Counted from the first letter of the stretch, positions 30,053-40,927 are shown. The stretch: 64,000 nucleotides of DNA from Bacilli bacterium (GCA_017409025.1 JAFQTN010000002.1:112185-176184); one strand, 5' to 3'. Notes: a model not told the origin generated them from the sequence alone. Numbers and translations are program-made.

Positions 30053-30547
30053 TTAATTATTTTCTTTTTCCTTAGAATATAAATCTAAGCATATAGATAA
30101 GTCTCTTACAGTTCCAAGTAATCCAGCAGCTAACATAGTTAGTAGCGTATCTCTAGATGGAATTGCAGCATATCTCTTCAAGTCATCTAATCCAGCAACT
30201 TTTCCTTCAATAATACCAGCTTTAAGTTCTAATGCTTCATGCTCTTTAGCAAAGTCATCTAATACTTTTACTATAGATAATTCATCAGTTCCAAAAGTGA
30301 TAGCACTAGGTCCAGCTAAGTATTCATTCATATCGATGTTAAGTTCATCCAAAGCTCTTTTTGTTAAAGTATTTTTATATACTTTATAGTCAGCTCCATT
30401 TTCTCTTAGCTTTCTTCTTAGTTCTGTTACTTCAGCAACACTAAGTCCACGATAATCGAACATTACTACTGATTTTGCATTTTCAAATTTTTCTTTAATT
30501 TCTGATACAACACCAGCTTTTTGTTCAATAATCTTTGCATTTGCCAC
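30053..30547 (-). CDS. rplJ: 50S ribosomal protein L10
   Basis: Position upstream of rplL. FDYRGLSVAEVTELRRKLRE motif. Confidence 0.97.
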   Translation of the reverse strand: MANAKIIEQKAGVVSEIKEKFENAKSVVMFDYRGLSVAEVTELRRKLRENGADYKVYKNTLTKRALDELNIDMNEYLAGPSAITFGTDELSIVKVLDDFAKEHEALELKAGIIEGKVAGLDDLKRYAAIPSRDTLLTMLAAGLLGTVRDLSICLDLYSKEKENN

Positions 30548-30712
30548 CTATCTCACATCCTTTCCTATGCCATAAATAAAAGTCCTCATACGAGGACTAA
30601 AAATATTATAATTCTATATTTTTTATTCCTCGGTAAGATTTTTAAACATATTGTCCTTACTGTCTTTGGCATAAATTTTCTTCAATCGATTAATATTATA
30701 CTATAACATTTA
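30548..30712 (-). promoter_or_regulatory. Putative L10(L12)4 autoregulatory leader of rplJL
   Basis: 165-nt untranslated gap upstream of rplJ with hairpin AGUCCUCGUAUGAGGACU followed by a U-rich tract (attenuator-like). Confidence 0.4.
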
Positions 30713-31408
30713 CTATTTGTCAAAAGAATTTAAATCAACTTTAACTCCAGGACCCATAGTAGATGAAATAGAAATATTTTTAACATAATTTCCTTTAACT
30801 GTAGTAGGTTTAACTTTAAGAATAGCATTAACAAAAGCATTTAAGTTTTCAACTAATTTTTCAGTGTCAAAACTTACCTTTCCAACTATTCCGTGAATAT
30901 TTCCATAACTATCAGTTCTATATTCTACTTTACCTTTTTTAGTATCAGTAACTGCTTTAGCTACATCAGTAGTAACTGTTCCAGTCTTAGGGTTTGGCAT
31001 TAATCCCTTTGGTCCTAAAACTTTACCAATTTTACCTAACATAGGCATCATTTCTGGAGTAGCAATGATAACATCATAATCGAACCAACTTTCTTTTTCG
31101 ATTTTTTCAATCATATCAACATCTCCAACATAATCAGCACCAGCATCTTTAGCAGCTTTAGCTTGGTCACCCTTAGCTAATACTAAAACTGTTTGACTCT
31201 TACCAGTTCCATTTGGTAATACAATAGCTCCTCTTAATTGTTGATCAGCTTTTTTAGTATCTAAGTTCATATTCATAGCAACTTCAACTGTTTCATCAAA
31301 TTTAGTATTAGATAATTCTTTAACTAATTCGATAGCTTCAGTAGCAGTATATACTTTATTCTTTTCAACTTTTTCTATAAGAGAAGTATATCTTTTACTC
31401 TTCTTCAT
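30713..31408 (-). CDS. rplA: 50S ribosomal protein L1
   Basis: MKKSKRY... start behind aggagg (M15 of the ORF). Conserved [10 protein letters not shown] and [15 protein letters not shown]. Confidence 0.97.
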   Translation of the reverse strand: MKKSKRYTSLIEKVEKNKVYTATEAIELVKELSNTKFDETVEVAMNMNLDTKKADQQLRGAIVLPNGTGKSQTVLVLAKGDQAKAAKDAGADYVGDVDMIEKIEKESWFDYDVIIATPEMMPMLGKIGKVLGPKGLMPNPKTGTVTTDVAKAVTDTKKGKVEYRTDSYGNIHGIVGKVSFDTEKLVENLNAFVNAILKVKPTTVKGNYVKNISISSTMGPGVKVDLNSFDK

Positions 31409-31475
31409 AATTTTCCTCCTTATGTGGTTTTGCGGACAAATTCCTTCCACATAGATAAAAATCTATATGTAATAA

Positions 31476-31895
31476 TTATTTTTCAATTTCAATTCCCATG
31501 TTACGAGCAGTTCCTTCAACTATCTTCATAGCATGTTCTACATCGTATGCATTTAAATCAGGTAATTTTGTTTCAGCTACTTCTCTAAGTTGAGCTTCAG
31601 TAATAGTAGCAACTGTTTCCCCTTTAGATGCTCCTGCTTTAATCTTAGCAACTTTCTTTAATAAGAATGCAGCTGGCGGAGTTTTTAATACGAAATCGAA
31701 AGTTCTATCTTCATAAATAGAAATTTCAACAGGTAATACATCTCCCATCTTATCTCTAGTAGCATCATTAAATTTTGTACAAAATTCTTGTAAATTGATT
31801 CCTGCTGGTCCTAAAACAGTTCCAACTGGTGGAGCTGGTGTAGCTTTTCCTGCAGGTATTTGTAATTTAATCTTTTTTGCAATCGCTTTTGCCAC
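31476..31895 (-). CDS. rplK: 50S ribosomal protein L11
   Basis: [25 protein letters not shown] motif. GTG start 7 nt after aggagg. Confidence 0.97.
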   Translation of the reverse strand: MAKAIAKKIKLQIPAGKATPAPPVGTVLGPAGINLQEFCTKFNDATRDKMGDVLPVEISIYEDRTFDFVLKTPPAAFLLKKVAKIKAGASKGETVATITEAQLREVAETKLPDLNAYDVEHAMKIVEGTARNMGIEIEK

Positions 31896-32043
31896 GAAAA
31901 ACACCTCCTATAAATAATGTATACTTTTTCGCGAGTGGTCATAATAGCCGTCCGCAGCCTCCCACTTGTACTTTTATAACTATATAATAATACACATTCG
32001 CGTCAATTAATATACCATAAACTTTTTAAAAAAGCAACTATTT
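31896..32043 (-). promoter_or_regulatory. Possible structured (L1-binding type) leader upstream of rplKA
   Basis: Locally GC-rich helix-forming segment GUGGGAGGCUGCGGACGGCUAUUAUGACCACU in an otherwise AT-rich spacer. Assigned by position only. Confidence 0.3.
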
Positions 32044-32583
32044 TTATTTTAAATTTTCAATTTCTGAAAGTGATACTTCAACAGAAGTTTCTTGACCAAA
32101 CAAATCAAGTAGCAATTCAACTTTTTTATTTTCTAAATCGTATGACTTAACTTTACCAATCATACCTTTAAATGGTCCATCAGTAATCTTTACTTTCTTA
32201 CCTTCTGCTAAATCATTTGCTAAATCCATTCTTGACATACCCATATTAGATAATATTCTATCTACTTCATCAGGCATAAGTGGAATAGGTTTAGCACCCT
32301 TACCACTTGATCCAATAAATCCAGTAACACCTTGAGTATTTCTTACAATAAACCATACTTCATCAGACATAATCATTTCAACTAAAACATATCCTGGAAA
32401 CATCTTCTTAATTTTTTCTTTTTTAACTCCATCCTTATATTCAACAATAGTTTGTTCAGGAACTATTACTCTAAATATACTTTCTTGAATATCAGGTGAA
32501 TTTACAATCATCATCTCTAATTTTTCTTTAACTTTATATTCATAACCACTAACTGTGTTAACTACATACCACTCTTTTTTCAT
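32044..32583 (-). CDS. nusG: Transcription termination/antitermination factor NusG
   Basis: WYVVNTVSGYE N-terminus and C-terminal KOW (GPFKGMIGKV). Confidence 0.95.
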   Translation of the reverse strand: MKKEWYVVNTVSGYEYKVKEKLEMMIVNSPDIQESIFRVIVPEQTIVEYKDGVKKEKIKKMFPGYVLVEMIMSDEVWFIVRNTQGVTGFIGSSGKGAKPIPLMPDEVDRILSNMGMSRMDLANDLAEGKKVKITDGPFKGMIGKVKSYDLENKKVELLLDLFGQETSVEVSLSEIENLK

Positions 32584-32924
32584 TACTTAGCCAAACTCCT
32601 TACCAATAATGCAATCCAATCAATAGCATAAAAATATACTCCAAAAAATAATACAAACGCCAATGTACAAATTGAATATTTAAGTAAATCTTTCTTATCT
32701 GTCCATCTAATTCTTTTTAATTCTTTAGATACACCTTTAAAATACTTACCTATTCTTTTGAATATATTTTCCTTCTTTTCTTTCTTTGTTTTAACAACTT
32801 TTTTCTCAGCAATATAATGCTTATTCTTTTTTGCTGTTTCTTTTTCAAGCGTTACTTTCTTATTATTTTTCTTTTCAGTAACAACTTTTTCTAAAGATTC
32901 TTTTTTTTCACTACCTTTTTTCAT
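32583..32924 (-). CDS. secE: Preprotein translocase subunit SecE with ~55-aa Lys-rich N-terminal extension
   Basis: C-terminal ELKRIRWTDKKDLLKYSICTLAFVLFFGVYF TM segment. Located directly upstream of nusG. Confidence 0.85.
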   Translation of the reverse strand: MKKGSEKKESLEKVVTEKKNNKKVTLEKETAKKNKHYIAEKKVVKTKKEKKENIFKRIGKYFKGVSKELKRIRWTDKKDLLKYSICTLAFVLFFGVYFYAIDWIALLVRSLAK

Positions 32925-33046
32925 AATACCTCCAAAAATTAATTCAAAATAAAAACACCTTCGTGTTGACTAAAATATACCATAATATATAGTAAAAGTC
33001 AACAAAATTAAGCTATTTAATTAAAAAAATGCAAGGAATTATATCC

Positions 33047-33262
33047 TTACATTACCTTTTCACAAGATGCCGGTCTAACGTTAACTGCTTGAAGTCCTTT
33101 TGGAGTTTCGATTAAATCAAATTCTACTCTTTGACCTTCAGACAATGTTTTGTATCCGTCTTGTCTAATAGCTGAATAATGAACAAAGATATCTTCATTT
33201 TCTGCATAGTCAATAAATCCATATCCTTTTTCATTATTAAACCACTTCACATTACCACACAT
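33047..33262 (-). CDS. cspA: Cold-shock protein (CSD)
   Basis: [15 protein letters not shown] and [12 protein letters not shown] motifs. Long (~250 nt) upstream untranslated region. Confidence 0.95.
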   Translation of the reverse strand: MCGNVKWFNNEKGYGFIDYAENEDIFVHYSAIRQDGYKTLSEGQRVEFDLIETPKGLQAVNVRPASCEKVM

Positions 33263-33518
33263 ACTTCCCACCTCACAATCTAGTAATCACTTACATATTT
33301 TTATTATACTACCACTTACACCCAAGAGAAACTATTTTCAAATTACAAAATTCGACAAATAAAATTTGTTTCCTATTAGGGGTGCTAGAATAAATATTAA
33401 CATAATAGAAAATCATAGTCAAGGAAATGTTTTCATTTAATTAAATTTATTTTTAATGTCTAAAAATAACCAACATAAAAGACACAAACTAAAAAATTTA
33501 TGTCTTCTAAATACCATT

Positions 33519-34397
33519 TTAATCAAATTTTATATTCATTATTTCTAATATTCTATCTAAATCATTATTGTTATTAAAACTAATTTCTATCTTCTTATTT
33601 CCTACTTTTACTTTAGTACCAAATACTTCTTTTAATTCTCTTTCTATATAAGAATATTCGTTTTCTCTACTAACTCTGTTAATAGGATTTTTCTTCTTTA
33701 TATCATTATCCTTAGACATGCTTTCAATATCTCTAACAGATAAATTATTATTAACTATTTCTTTAGCATACTCAACTATCTTATCATTATCTTCTAACTT
33801 ACTAAGTTCTCTAGCATGGCCCATTGATAATTTACCATCTAATATCATATTCTGTACTGAATTAGGAAGTCTAAGTAAACCTAATGTATTAGTAACACTA
33901 CTTCTACTTTTACCTAATTTATTAGCTAACTCATCTTGTGTAATATGTAAACTATCAATAATTCCTTTATATGCCCAAGCAAGTTCTATCGCCGTTAAAT
34001 TTTCTCTTTGCAAGTTTTCAAGTAATGCAATTTCTCTCATCATTTCATCAGAAAAATCTTTAACAATCGCAGGAATAGTTTCAAGACCAGCCAGTCTAGA
34101 TGCTTTAACTCTTCTTTCTCCGGCTACTAAATCATAACCCTTAATACTTTTCTTAACAATTATTGGTTGGAATACTCCATATGATTTAATTGATTCAGCT
34201 AATTCTTCCAACGCTTCTTGATTAAACGTCTTTCTTGGCTGATATGGATTAGATCTAATTTCAGATAAATTGATTTGCTTAATATCATCTACTGAAGCAG
34301 ATTCTAATATATTAGACTCAAATGAATTAAAATCTAATACCTCAGTATCAAATAATTGTTCAAGTCCTCTACCCAACGCTCTCTTCTTTTGTTCCAT
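33519..34397 (-). CDS. parB: Chromosome partitioning protein ParB/Spo0J
   Basis: GRGLEQLF box, PNPYQPR, GERRVKASRLAG (CTPase/arginine patch), HTH GKSRSSVTNTLGLLRL. Confidence 0.95.
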   Translation of the reverse strand: MEQKKRALGRGLEQLFDTEVLDFNSFESNILESASVDDIKQINLSEIRSNPYQPRKTFNQEALEELAESIKSYGVFQPIIVKKSIKGYDLVAGERRVKASRLAGLETIPAIVKDFSDEMMREIALLENLQRENLTAIELAWAYKGIIDSLHITQDELANKLGKSRSSVTNTLGLLRLPNSVQNMILDGKLSMGHARELSKLEDNDKIVEYAKEIVNNNLSVRDIESMSKDNDIKKKNPINRVSRENEYSYIERELKEVFGTKVKVGNKKIEISFNNNNDLDRILEIMNIKFD

Positions 34398-35184
34398 TTC
34401 TCTCTATTACCTCCTTAGCTAAATTAAGATAAGCTCTAGTTCCCTTTCCTTTAGGATCATAATCAAGTATTGTCTTTCCATGACTTGGAGCCTCAGCTAA
34501 CTTAATTAATCTTGGTATAATGGTATCATATACTCTTTCTTTAAAAAATTCTTTTATACTACTAATAACTTCTAAACCCAAATTAGTATTAACACTAAGC
34601 ATAGTAAGAAGTACTCCTTCGATATCTAAATTAGGATTAACTTTTCTTTGAGCCAACATAATAGTATTTATAAGTTGCATAATTCCTTCTAACGCATAAT
34701 ATTCACATTGTACTGGTATTAAAACTGAATTAGCAGCAGCTAATGCATTCGTAGTTAATATACCTAAAGAAGGAGGACAATCTATCAATATAAAATCATA
34801 ATTATCTCTAACTTTACTAAGTTCATCTTTAAGTCTCATAACCCTATTAAATTTCTTATCAGTATCTTTATATTGTTTTTCTAATTCAATAAGTTCCATA
34901 TCAACACCAGCTAAATTTAAATAAGCGGGAATTATACTTAAATTCATACTTTTAGTCTTAATAATAGCATTCTCTATAGGCATCTTCATAGTCATAACCT
35001 CATAAATACTACCATCTATTCCTCTTTTATCTACTCCAACACCAGTAGTAGCATTACCTTGAGGATCTAAATCCACTACTAATACTTTTTTATTTAACAT
35101 CCCTAAAGCTGCAGCAAGATTAATACTCGTAGTAGTCTTTCCTACTCCACCTTTTTGATTAACAATAGCTATTATTTTACCCAC
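34369..35184 (-). CDS. parA: Chromosome partitioning ATPase ParA/Soj
   Basis: Deviant Walker A NQKGGVGKTTT. 29-nt overlap with the parB start. Confidence 0.95.
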   Translation of the reverse strand: MGKIIAIVNQKGGVGKTTTSINLAAALGMLNKKVLVVDLDPQGNATTGVGVDKRGIDGSIYEVMTMKMPIENAIIKTKSMNLSIIPAYLNLAGVDMELIELEKQYKDTDKKFNRVMRLKDELSKVRDNYDFILIDCPPSLGILTTNALAAANSVLIPVQCEYYALEGIMQLINTIMLAQRKVNPNLDIEGVLLTMLSVNTNLGLEVISSIKEFFKERVYDTIIPRLIKLAEAPSHGKTILDYDPKGKGTRAYLNLAKEVIERNGTKEESVG

Positions 35185-35371
35185 AATACTTCACCTCGTA
35201 ACTATTATCTCTAACTTTACATACAATTATATTCTAACAGAATTTAAAACAAAAAGAAAGAGTAAATTAAACTTGTTTTATGATTTGTTTAAAAAAACAA
35301 ATATATTTCAAACTATTAATGTATTTATATTAAAAAAAATACATAAAATAATATTGATTTAAGAAAAACTC

Positions 35372-35400
35372 TTGACGTACAGAAAAAAGTACACTATAAT
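35372..35400 (+). promoter_or_regulatory. Consensus sigmaA promoter with GTAC-repeat operator for yefM-yoeB
   Basis: TTGACG (35372..35377), 17 nt, TATAAT (35395..35400). The spacer holds two GTACA motifs starting at 35377 and 35389, 12 bp apart. Confidence 0.65.
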
Positions 35401-35419
35401 TAAAATGTGAGGTGATAAT

Positions 35420-35677
35420 ATGAGTACAATTAATATTACAAACGCAAGACAAAATTTATTTAAACTAGTTGCTGATGTAAATGTTGGTTTTAATCCTATT
35501 ACAATAGTAAATAACAAGGGCAAAAATGCTGTCTTAATTTCTGAAGAAGAATGGAAAAATATTGAAGAAACTTTATACTTATCTAGTCTTCCAGGATTTG
35601 TTGAAGATATAAATGATATTAGAAAAAATGAAGATTGGAGCAAAGCCAAGGAGTTTAAGCCTGATGAAAAATGGTAA
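35420..35677 (+). CDS. yefM: Phd/YefM-family type II antitoxin
   Basis: INITNARQNLFKLV...ITIVNNKGKNAVLISEEEWKNIEETLYL, the classic YefM pattern. Confidence 0.9.
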   Translation: MSTINITNARQNLFKLVADVNVGFNPITIVNNKGKNAVLISEEEWKNIEETLYLSSLPGFVEDINDIRKNEDWSKAKEFKPDEKW

Positions 35678-35945
35678 AAAATACATAATTAAATTTTCAA
35701 AACAAGCAGAAAAAGATAAAATTAATTTAAAAAATTCCGGTCTAGACAAAAATTGTAAGAAAATACTCATACTGATGACTGATGATCCATTCTGTTATCC
35801 ACCATCATATGAAAAACTAAGTGGCGATTTAAATGGATTATATTCAAGGAGAATAAATAGGCAACATCGTATAGTATATGAAGTAGATGAAAAAAATAAT
35901 GAAATACACATCTTAAGAATGTGGACTCATTACGATAAATTGTAA
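35664..35945 (+). CDS. yoeB: YoeB/Txe-family mRNA interferase toxin
   Basis: C-terminal YSRRINRQHRIVYEVDEKNNEIHILRMWTHY. ATG 35664 overlaps the yefM end by 14 nt. RBS aaggag. Confidence 0.9.
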   Translation: MKNGKKYIIKFSKQAEKDKINLKNSGLDKNCKKILILMTDDPFCYPPSYEKLSGDLNGLYSRRINRQHRIVYEVDEKNNEIHILRMWTHYDKL

Positions 35946-36128
35946 AATTTATAAATATTAATGATTTGTTTTTTTGATACATATTTGATACATATATAAC
36001 AATCTAAAAATGATTGTTTTTTTATTTTAGAAAATCATTTCAATCTTTGTATAAATTCCTACCAATATTTTATAAAATGTCCGATATTTTACAAAAAAAG
36101 AAAGAGTAAATTTACTAAATTGTACTTG

Positions 36129-36842
36129 TTACTCATTTTCATATATATATCCACTATATTTTAAATCTATAACATTATTATCTTTAATAGTATGAATTAA
36201 TATAGGCATTCCCTCTTTATATAATTTATCTATCTTCTTGTTTGGTAAATCCCTATAATCAAAAGAGATAAAATCTGGTTTTGCTAAACTATTAAACCAC
36301 ATATTAAATAACATATACTTTAAAATTTTACTCATTTTAACCCAACCTAGTCTAGATACTAAAAGTCCTCTCATATAATTAGATCTATTACATCTAAACC
36401 ACCATATATATATTGGATTAAAAGATTTAACTAAAAAACTACCTTTATATTTGTCTAATAATTTACATAATTCATGACATATACTAAAGTCAAATACATC
36501 AATTTTAATTTCTATATCTATTAGTACCTTTCCATTAACTAATAATAAAACTTCTTCTAAAGTGGGAATCTTATACTTAGTACCTTTTAACTTTAAATCT
36601 TTTATATCATCATATACTGCATTTTTTAATATAACTCTTTTACCAGTCATCCTATAAGTATCATCATCATGTATTACTACTAAAGTATTATCTTTTAATA
36701 TATGTACATCTAGTTCAACAGGAATCCCATTATTAATAGCTCTGTCAAATGCACCCATACTATTTTCTGGATACTTATCATTCCAAAGTCCTCTATGTGC
36801 TATTTTTATATTATTTAAAATATCCATATTTTTCTTCATCAT
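36129..36842 (-). CDS. Glycerophosphodiester phosphodiesterase (GDPD family)
   Basis: IAHRG...ENS...ELDVH...VVIHDDD motifs. Confidence 0.85.
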   Translation of the reverse strand: MMKKNMDILNNIKIAHRGLWNDKYPENSMGAFDRAINNGIPVELDVHILKDNTLVVIHDDDTYRMTGKRVILKNAVYDDIKDLKLKGTKYKIPTLEEVLLLVNGKVLIDIEIKIDVFDFSICHELCKLLDKYKGSFLVKSFNPIYIWWFRCNRSNYMRGLLVSRLGWVKMSKILKYMLFNMWFNSLAKPDFISFDYRDLPNKKIDKLYKEGMPILIHTIKDNNVIDLKYSGYIYENE

Positions 36843-36964
36843 ATCACTCTCACTATCATTATATCATCAATTTTTAAAATAATTATAGACAATATTTATA
36901 AGCACTAACATTTATTTACTTATTACTAATATTTTGGTATAATACACCCAAGAAGGAGGTCATT

Positions 36965-38317
36965 ATGAACATAGATAAATTCATTAAAAGTATTGATATT
37001 GAAAACGATGACTATATAGTTATTGGGGTCTCTGCCGGTCCTGACTCTATGGCACTATTACATATGTTAGAAAAAAATCTAAAATGTAATTTAGTCTGTG
37101 CTCATATCAATCATAACATTAGAATTGAAAGTGATGAAGAAGAAAAATATTTAAAAGAATATTGTAAAGAAAAAAACATTATCTTTGAATCCATGAAAAT
37201 TAACTCATATACAGGTAAAAATTTTGAAAATGAAGCCAGAGAAAAAAGATATGCTTTCTATGAACATATTCTAAAAAAATATAATTCACATAATCTATTC
37301 TTGGCACACCACGGTGACGATTTAATAGAAACAGTTCTAATGAAAATAGTCCGTGGATCCAATTTAGAAGGATATGCCGGAATTAAAACTTATTCTTATC
37401 TAGATGATTATAAAATTATAAGACCACTTCTTAGCCTAACAAAAGATGACATTATAAAATATAATAAAGATAATAATATTAAATATTATACAGATTCAAC
37501 TAATAAAGATACATTATATACAAGAAATAGATATCGCTTAAATCTTCTTCCATTATTAAAAAAAGAAGATAAATTTGTACACTTAAAATTTTTAAAATAT
37601 TCTAATACATTGCAAGAATACGATAATTATATAAATTATGAAATAGAATTGAAAATAAATAATATATACAAAGATAATTGTATTAATATTGATACTCTAA
37701 ACAAAGAACATCCATTTATGAAAAAAAATATCATATTCTATATTCTTAGTATTATTTATAATAATAAATCTAATATTATAAAAGAAAAAAATATCCTAGA
37801 TATTTTAAAGATGACTACTAGTAATAGACCTAACTATAAAATTAACTTACCAAAAGAATATATTGCTAACAAAGTATATAATCATATATACATAGAAAAG
37901 AAAAAAAATAAAAATAATAATTCATACAAAAAAGAACTACAAAATATTAACATAATTGATGATATAGTTATTAAGTTAGTAGACAATATAGATACAGATG
38001 GAAATAATGTATGTAGATTAAATTCTAAAAACATAACACTTCCACTGTATTTAAGAAACAAATTAGATGGAGATTATATTGAAGTAAAAGGTTTGAATGG
38101 AAAAAAGAAAATAAAAGATATCTTTATAGATTCAAAAATACCTTTAGATATCAGAGACAAATATCCATTACTCGTAGATGCAAACAATAACATCTTATGG
38201 ATACCTTTTATAAAAAAATCTAAATATAATGTTAAAAATAATGAATTTTGTGATATAATACTAACTAGTCATAAAGAAGGAGATAAAGAAAATGAAAATA
38301 AAGAAAAGAAATACTAA
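36965..38317 (+). CDS. tilS: tRNA(Ile)-lysidine synthetase
   Basis: PP-loop VSAGPDSMALLH. Position upstream of ftsH as in Bacillus. Confidence 0.9.
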   Translation: MNIDKFIKSIDIENDDYIVIGVSAGPDSMALLHMLEKNLKCNLVCAHINHNIRIESDEEEKYLKEYCKEKNIIFESMKINSYTGKNFENEAREKRYAFYEHILKKYNSHNLFLAHHGDDLIETVLMKIVRGSNLEGYAGIKTYSYLDDYKIIRPLLSLTKDDIIKYNKDNNIKYYTDSTNKDTLYTRNRYRLNLLPLLKKEDKFVHLKFLKYSNTLQEYDNYINYEIELKINNIYKDNCINIDTLNKEHPFMKKNIIFYILSIIYNNKSNIIKEKNILDILKMTTSNRPNYKINLPKEYIANKVYNHIYIEKKKNKNNNSYKKELQNINIIDDIVIKLVDNIDTDGNNVCRLNSKNITLPLYLRNKLDGDYIEVKGLNGKKKIKDIFIDSKIPLDIRDKYPLLVDANNNILWIPFIKKSKYNVKNNEFCDIILTSHKEGDKENENKEKKY

Positions 38318-40193
38318 TTTAGCACCATTTATCTTTTTACTAGTATTTATAGTAGGATGTATGATACTAGTAAATCTAAAAGGAAATGTTGTTAATAAAT
38401 TTACAATTGATGAATTTACAGAACATCTAGAAAATAATGAAATTTCTGAATTAGAAATCATTACTAAAGTAAGATCTGAAAACTATGAAGTTACTGGTAA
38501 ATTAAAAGATTATGAAGATAATGAAAGTTTTGTTCTTTACTTACCAGTATCTGATGAATTTATTGCAAAAATTGAAACAGCAAGAGCAGAATCAAATTTC
38601 AAATACACTAATGTTCCAGATCCAGAAACATCATCATGGTTGCTTATCTTAATGGAATATGTTCCAATCATTCTATTAGGTGGAGCTATGATATGGTTAT
38701 TCACTAGACAACTTGGTTCTAACGGAAAATCAATGGACTTTGGAAAAAGTAAAGCCGTTTTAGTAGATGGAGAAAAAACCAAAACATTTAAAGAAGTAGC
38801 AGGATTAACCGAAGAAAAAGAAGAAGTACAAGAACTAATAGATTTTTTAAAGAATCCAAAGAAATTCCAAACTATGGGAGCAAGAATTCCTAAAGGTGTC
38901 CTTTTAGTAGGTCCTCCAGGAACAGGTAAAACACTACTTGCTAAAGCCGTTGCTGGAGAAGCTAAAGTACCATTCTATTACATCAGTGGTTCAGATTTCG
39001 TTGAACTATTCGTAGGTATTGGTGCTTCACGTGTTAGAGATATGTTTAAACAAGCAAAAATGAATGCTCCATGTTTAATATTTATAGATGAAATCGATGC
39101 TGTAGGTCGCCAAAGAGGAGCTGGCCTTGGTGGTGGACACGATGAAAGAGAACAAACACTAAACCAATTATTAACAGAAATGGATGGTTTTGGTGCTAAC
39201 GAAGGAATCATCATTATCGCAGCTACTAATAGACCTGACGTTCTAGATCCAGCACTATTAAGACCGGGAAGATTTGATAGACAAATTACTGTATCTCTTC
39301 CAGATAAAAATGCTAGAAAAGAAATTTTAGCAGTACACGCTAAAAATAAAACATTAGATAAATCAGTTACACTAGATAACTTAGCAAAAAGAACTCCAGG
39401 ATTCTCTGGTGCTGACTTAGAAAACTTATTAAATGAAGCTGCGCTATTAACCGTAAGAAGAAATAAAAAAGCTATAACAATGGCTGAAATTGATGAAGCT
39501 ACAGACAGAGTTCTAATGGGGCCTGCTAAAGTAACTAAAAAATATACTGATAAAGAAAAGAAATTAGTAGCATATCATGAAGCTGGTCACGCAGTACTAG
39601 GTTTAAAATTAGATGGAGCTAACGAAGTTCAAAAAATAACAATTATCCCTAGAGGACACGCTGGTGGATATACAATGATGATGCCAAAAGAAGAAACATT
39701 TACTTCTACTAAAAAAGAATTATTAGATTCTATTTGTGGTCTACTTGGAGGTAGAGTTGCCGAAGAAATTACATTCAAAGAAATTACAACTGGTGCCCAT
39801 GATGACTTCAAAAAAGCTACAAATATCGCTAGAAAAATGGTAACAGAATATGGCATGAGTTCTCTAGGACCTATGATGTTAGATGAACCAACTGAAAACA
39901 CATTCTTAGGTAGAGACTATCATAAAAACAAAAACTTCTCAGATATCGTTGCTCATGAAATTGACGAAGAAATGAGAAGCATAATAAATAGTTGCTACGA
40001 AAAGAGTAAAAAGATATTAAGTGAAAATAAAGATCTTCTTAAATTAATTGCTGAAACTCTATTAGAAGAAGAAACAATTACTAAAGAACAAATAGATTAT
40101 CTAGTAGAACACGGTCACTTAGAAAAAGATGAAATTATTGAAGAAGATAATAAAAAAGAAGATAAAGAAAACAAAGAAAATAGTGAAAAATAA
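38292..40193 (+). CDS. ftsH: ATP-dependent zinc metalloprotease FtsH
   Basis: [35 protein letters not shown] zinc site. RBS aaggaga. Confidence 0.98.
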   Translation: MKIKKRNTNLAPFIFLLVFIVGCMILVNLKGNVVNKFTIDEFTEHLENNEISELEIITKVRSENYEVTGKLKDYEDNESFVLYLPVSDEFIAKIETARAESNFKYTNVPDPETSSWLLILMEYVPIILLGGAMIWLFTRQLGSNGKSMDFGKSKAVLVDGEKTKTFKEVAGLTEEKEEVQELIDFLKNPKKFQTMGARIPKGVLLVGPPGTGKTLLAKAVAGEAKVPFYYISGSDFVELFVGIGASRVRDMFKQAKMNAPCLIFIDEIDAVGRQRGAGLGGGHDEREQTLNQLLTEMDGFGANEGIIIIAATNRPDVLDPALLRPGRFDRQITVSLPDKNARKEILAVHAKNKTLDKSVTLDNLAKRTPGFSGADLENLLNEAALLTVRRNKKAITMAEIDEATDRVLMGPAKVTKKYTDKEKKLVAYHEAGHAVLGLKLDGANEVQKITIIPRGHAGGYTMMMPKEETFTSTKKELLDSICGLLGGRVAEEITFKEITTGAHDDFKKATNIARKMVTEYGMSSLGPMMLDEPTENTFLGRDYHKNKNFSDIVAHEIDEEMRSIINSCYEKSKKILSENKDLLKLIAETLLEEETITKEQIDYLVEHGHLEKDEIIEEDNKKEDKENKENSEK

Positions 40194-40262
40194 TTTCACT
40201 ATTTTTTTAATAAAAAACTATTAAACATTACCAAATAGTAGGTAACCTTTAATAGCTCAAAA

Positions 40263-40562
40263 TCATTCTAATCTTAAAATAAATTCACCATCTTTTGAAT
40301 AAAAATATTTTTCTCTAACATACTTTGCAATATAATCAGGATCCTCTAACTTCAAAATATCTGTCTCTAAAAGTTCTTTTTCTTCTTGTAAACTAACCAA
40401 CTGTTCCTGTAAAACTTTTTTTTCATTCTCCATCTTTTGTATTTTTAAAATATTAGTTAGACAATTATATCCTAAAGCAGCCAAAACAGAACCGAAAATG
40501 ATTAAAGAGATAAAAATTCTAATTTTAGATTTAGATGCTTTTCTTTTTCTTTTTTTACTCAT
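40263..40562 (-). CDS. divIC: Septum formation initiator DivIC/FtsB
   Basis: N-terminal TM, coiled coil, C-terminal DPDYIAKYVREKY. Confidence 0.8.
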   Translation of the reverse strand: MSKKRKRKASKSKIRIFISLIIFGSVLAALGYNCLTNILKIQKMENEKKVLQEQLVSLQEEKELLETDILKLEDPDYIAKYVREKYFYSKDGEFILRLE

Positions 40563-40639
40563 TTAATCACCTACTCTCCTATTTTTAATAATTATATCAC
40601 ATGAATTTATGTTTTACAAATTTATTAATATACATATTA

Positions 40640-40927
40640 TTATTTTTTTCTTAAATGTGTAAACAAAGAAAGTAATACTTTATAAACAAAAATATAACCA
40701 ACCAATATAGATAATAAAAAATAAAGATGTACTACCCCATTATTAATAAGAAGTAAAATAAAAAAATAAATACTTGCGATTAACATTATAAATAAGAAAG
40801 ATAATATAATTTTAAATATTAATTTTAATTTAATAGTCAATCTGTTAAAAATATCTAAAAGAAAATAAAATATACATCCAAAAACAAAAGAATATATAAA
40901 AGAATATATCTGAATATTTAATTTCAT
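40640..40927 (-). CDS. yabQ: Spore cortex biosynthesis membrane protein YabQ-like
   Basis: 95-aa multi-TM protein directly after yabP (1-nt overlap). Assigned by synteny. Confidence 0.6.
   Translation of the reverse strand: MKLNIQIYSFIYSFVFGCIFYFLLDIFNRLTIKLKLIFKIILSFLFIMLIASIYFFILLLINNGVVHLYFLLSILVGYIFVYKVLLSLFTHLRKK

Noticed and set aside
33272-33518. Possible small RNA or riboswitch in the 250-nt gap upstream of the cold-shock gene.
   Set aside because: Long structured 5' UTRs are normal for csp genes, and I saw no conserved riboswitch core. Treated as a csp leader only.
38292-38317. 26-nt tilS/ftsH overlap and absence of hpt between them, as a possible frameshift or fusion.
   Set aside because: Both ORFs are full length with normal termini, and ftsH has its own aaggaga RBS inside the tilS 3' end. 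This is ordinary translational coupling; hpt is simply located elsewhere.
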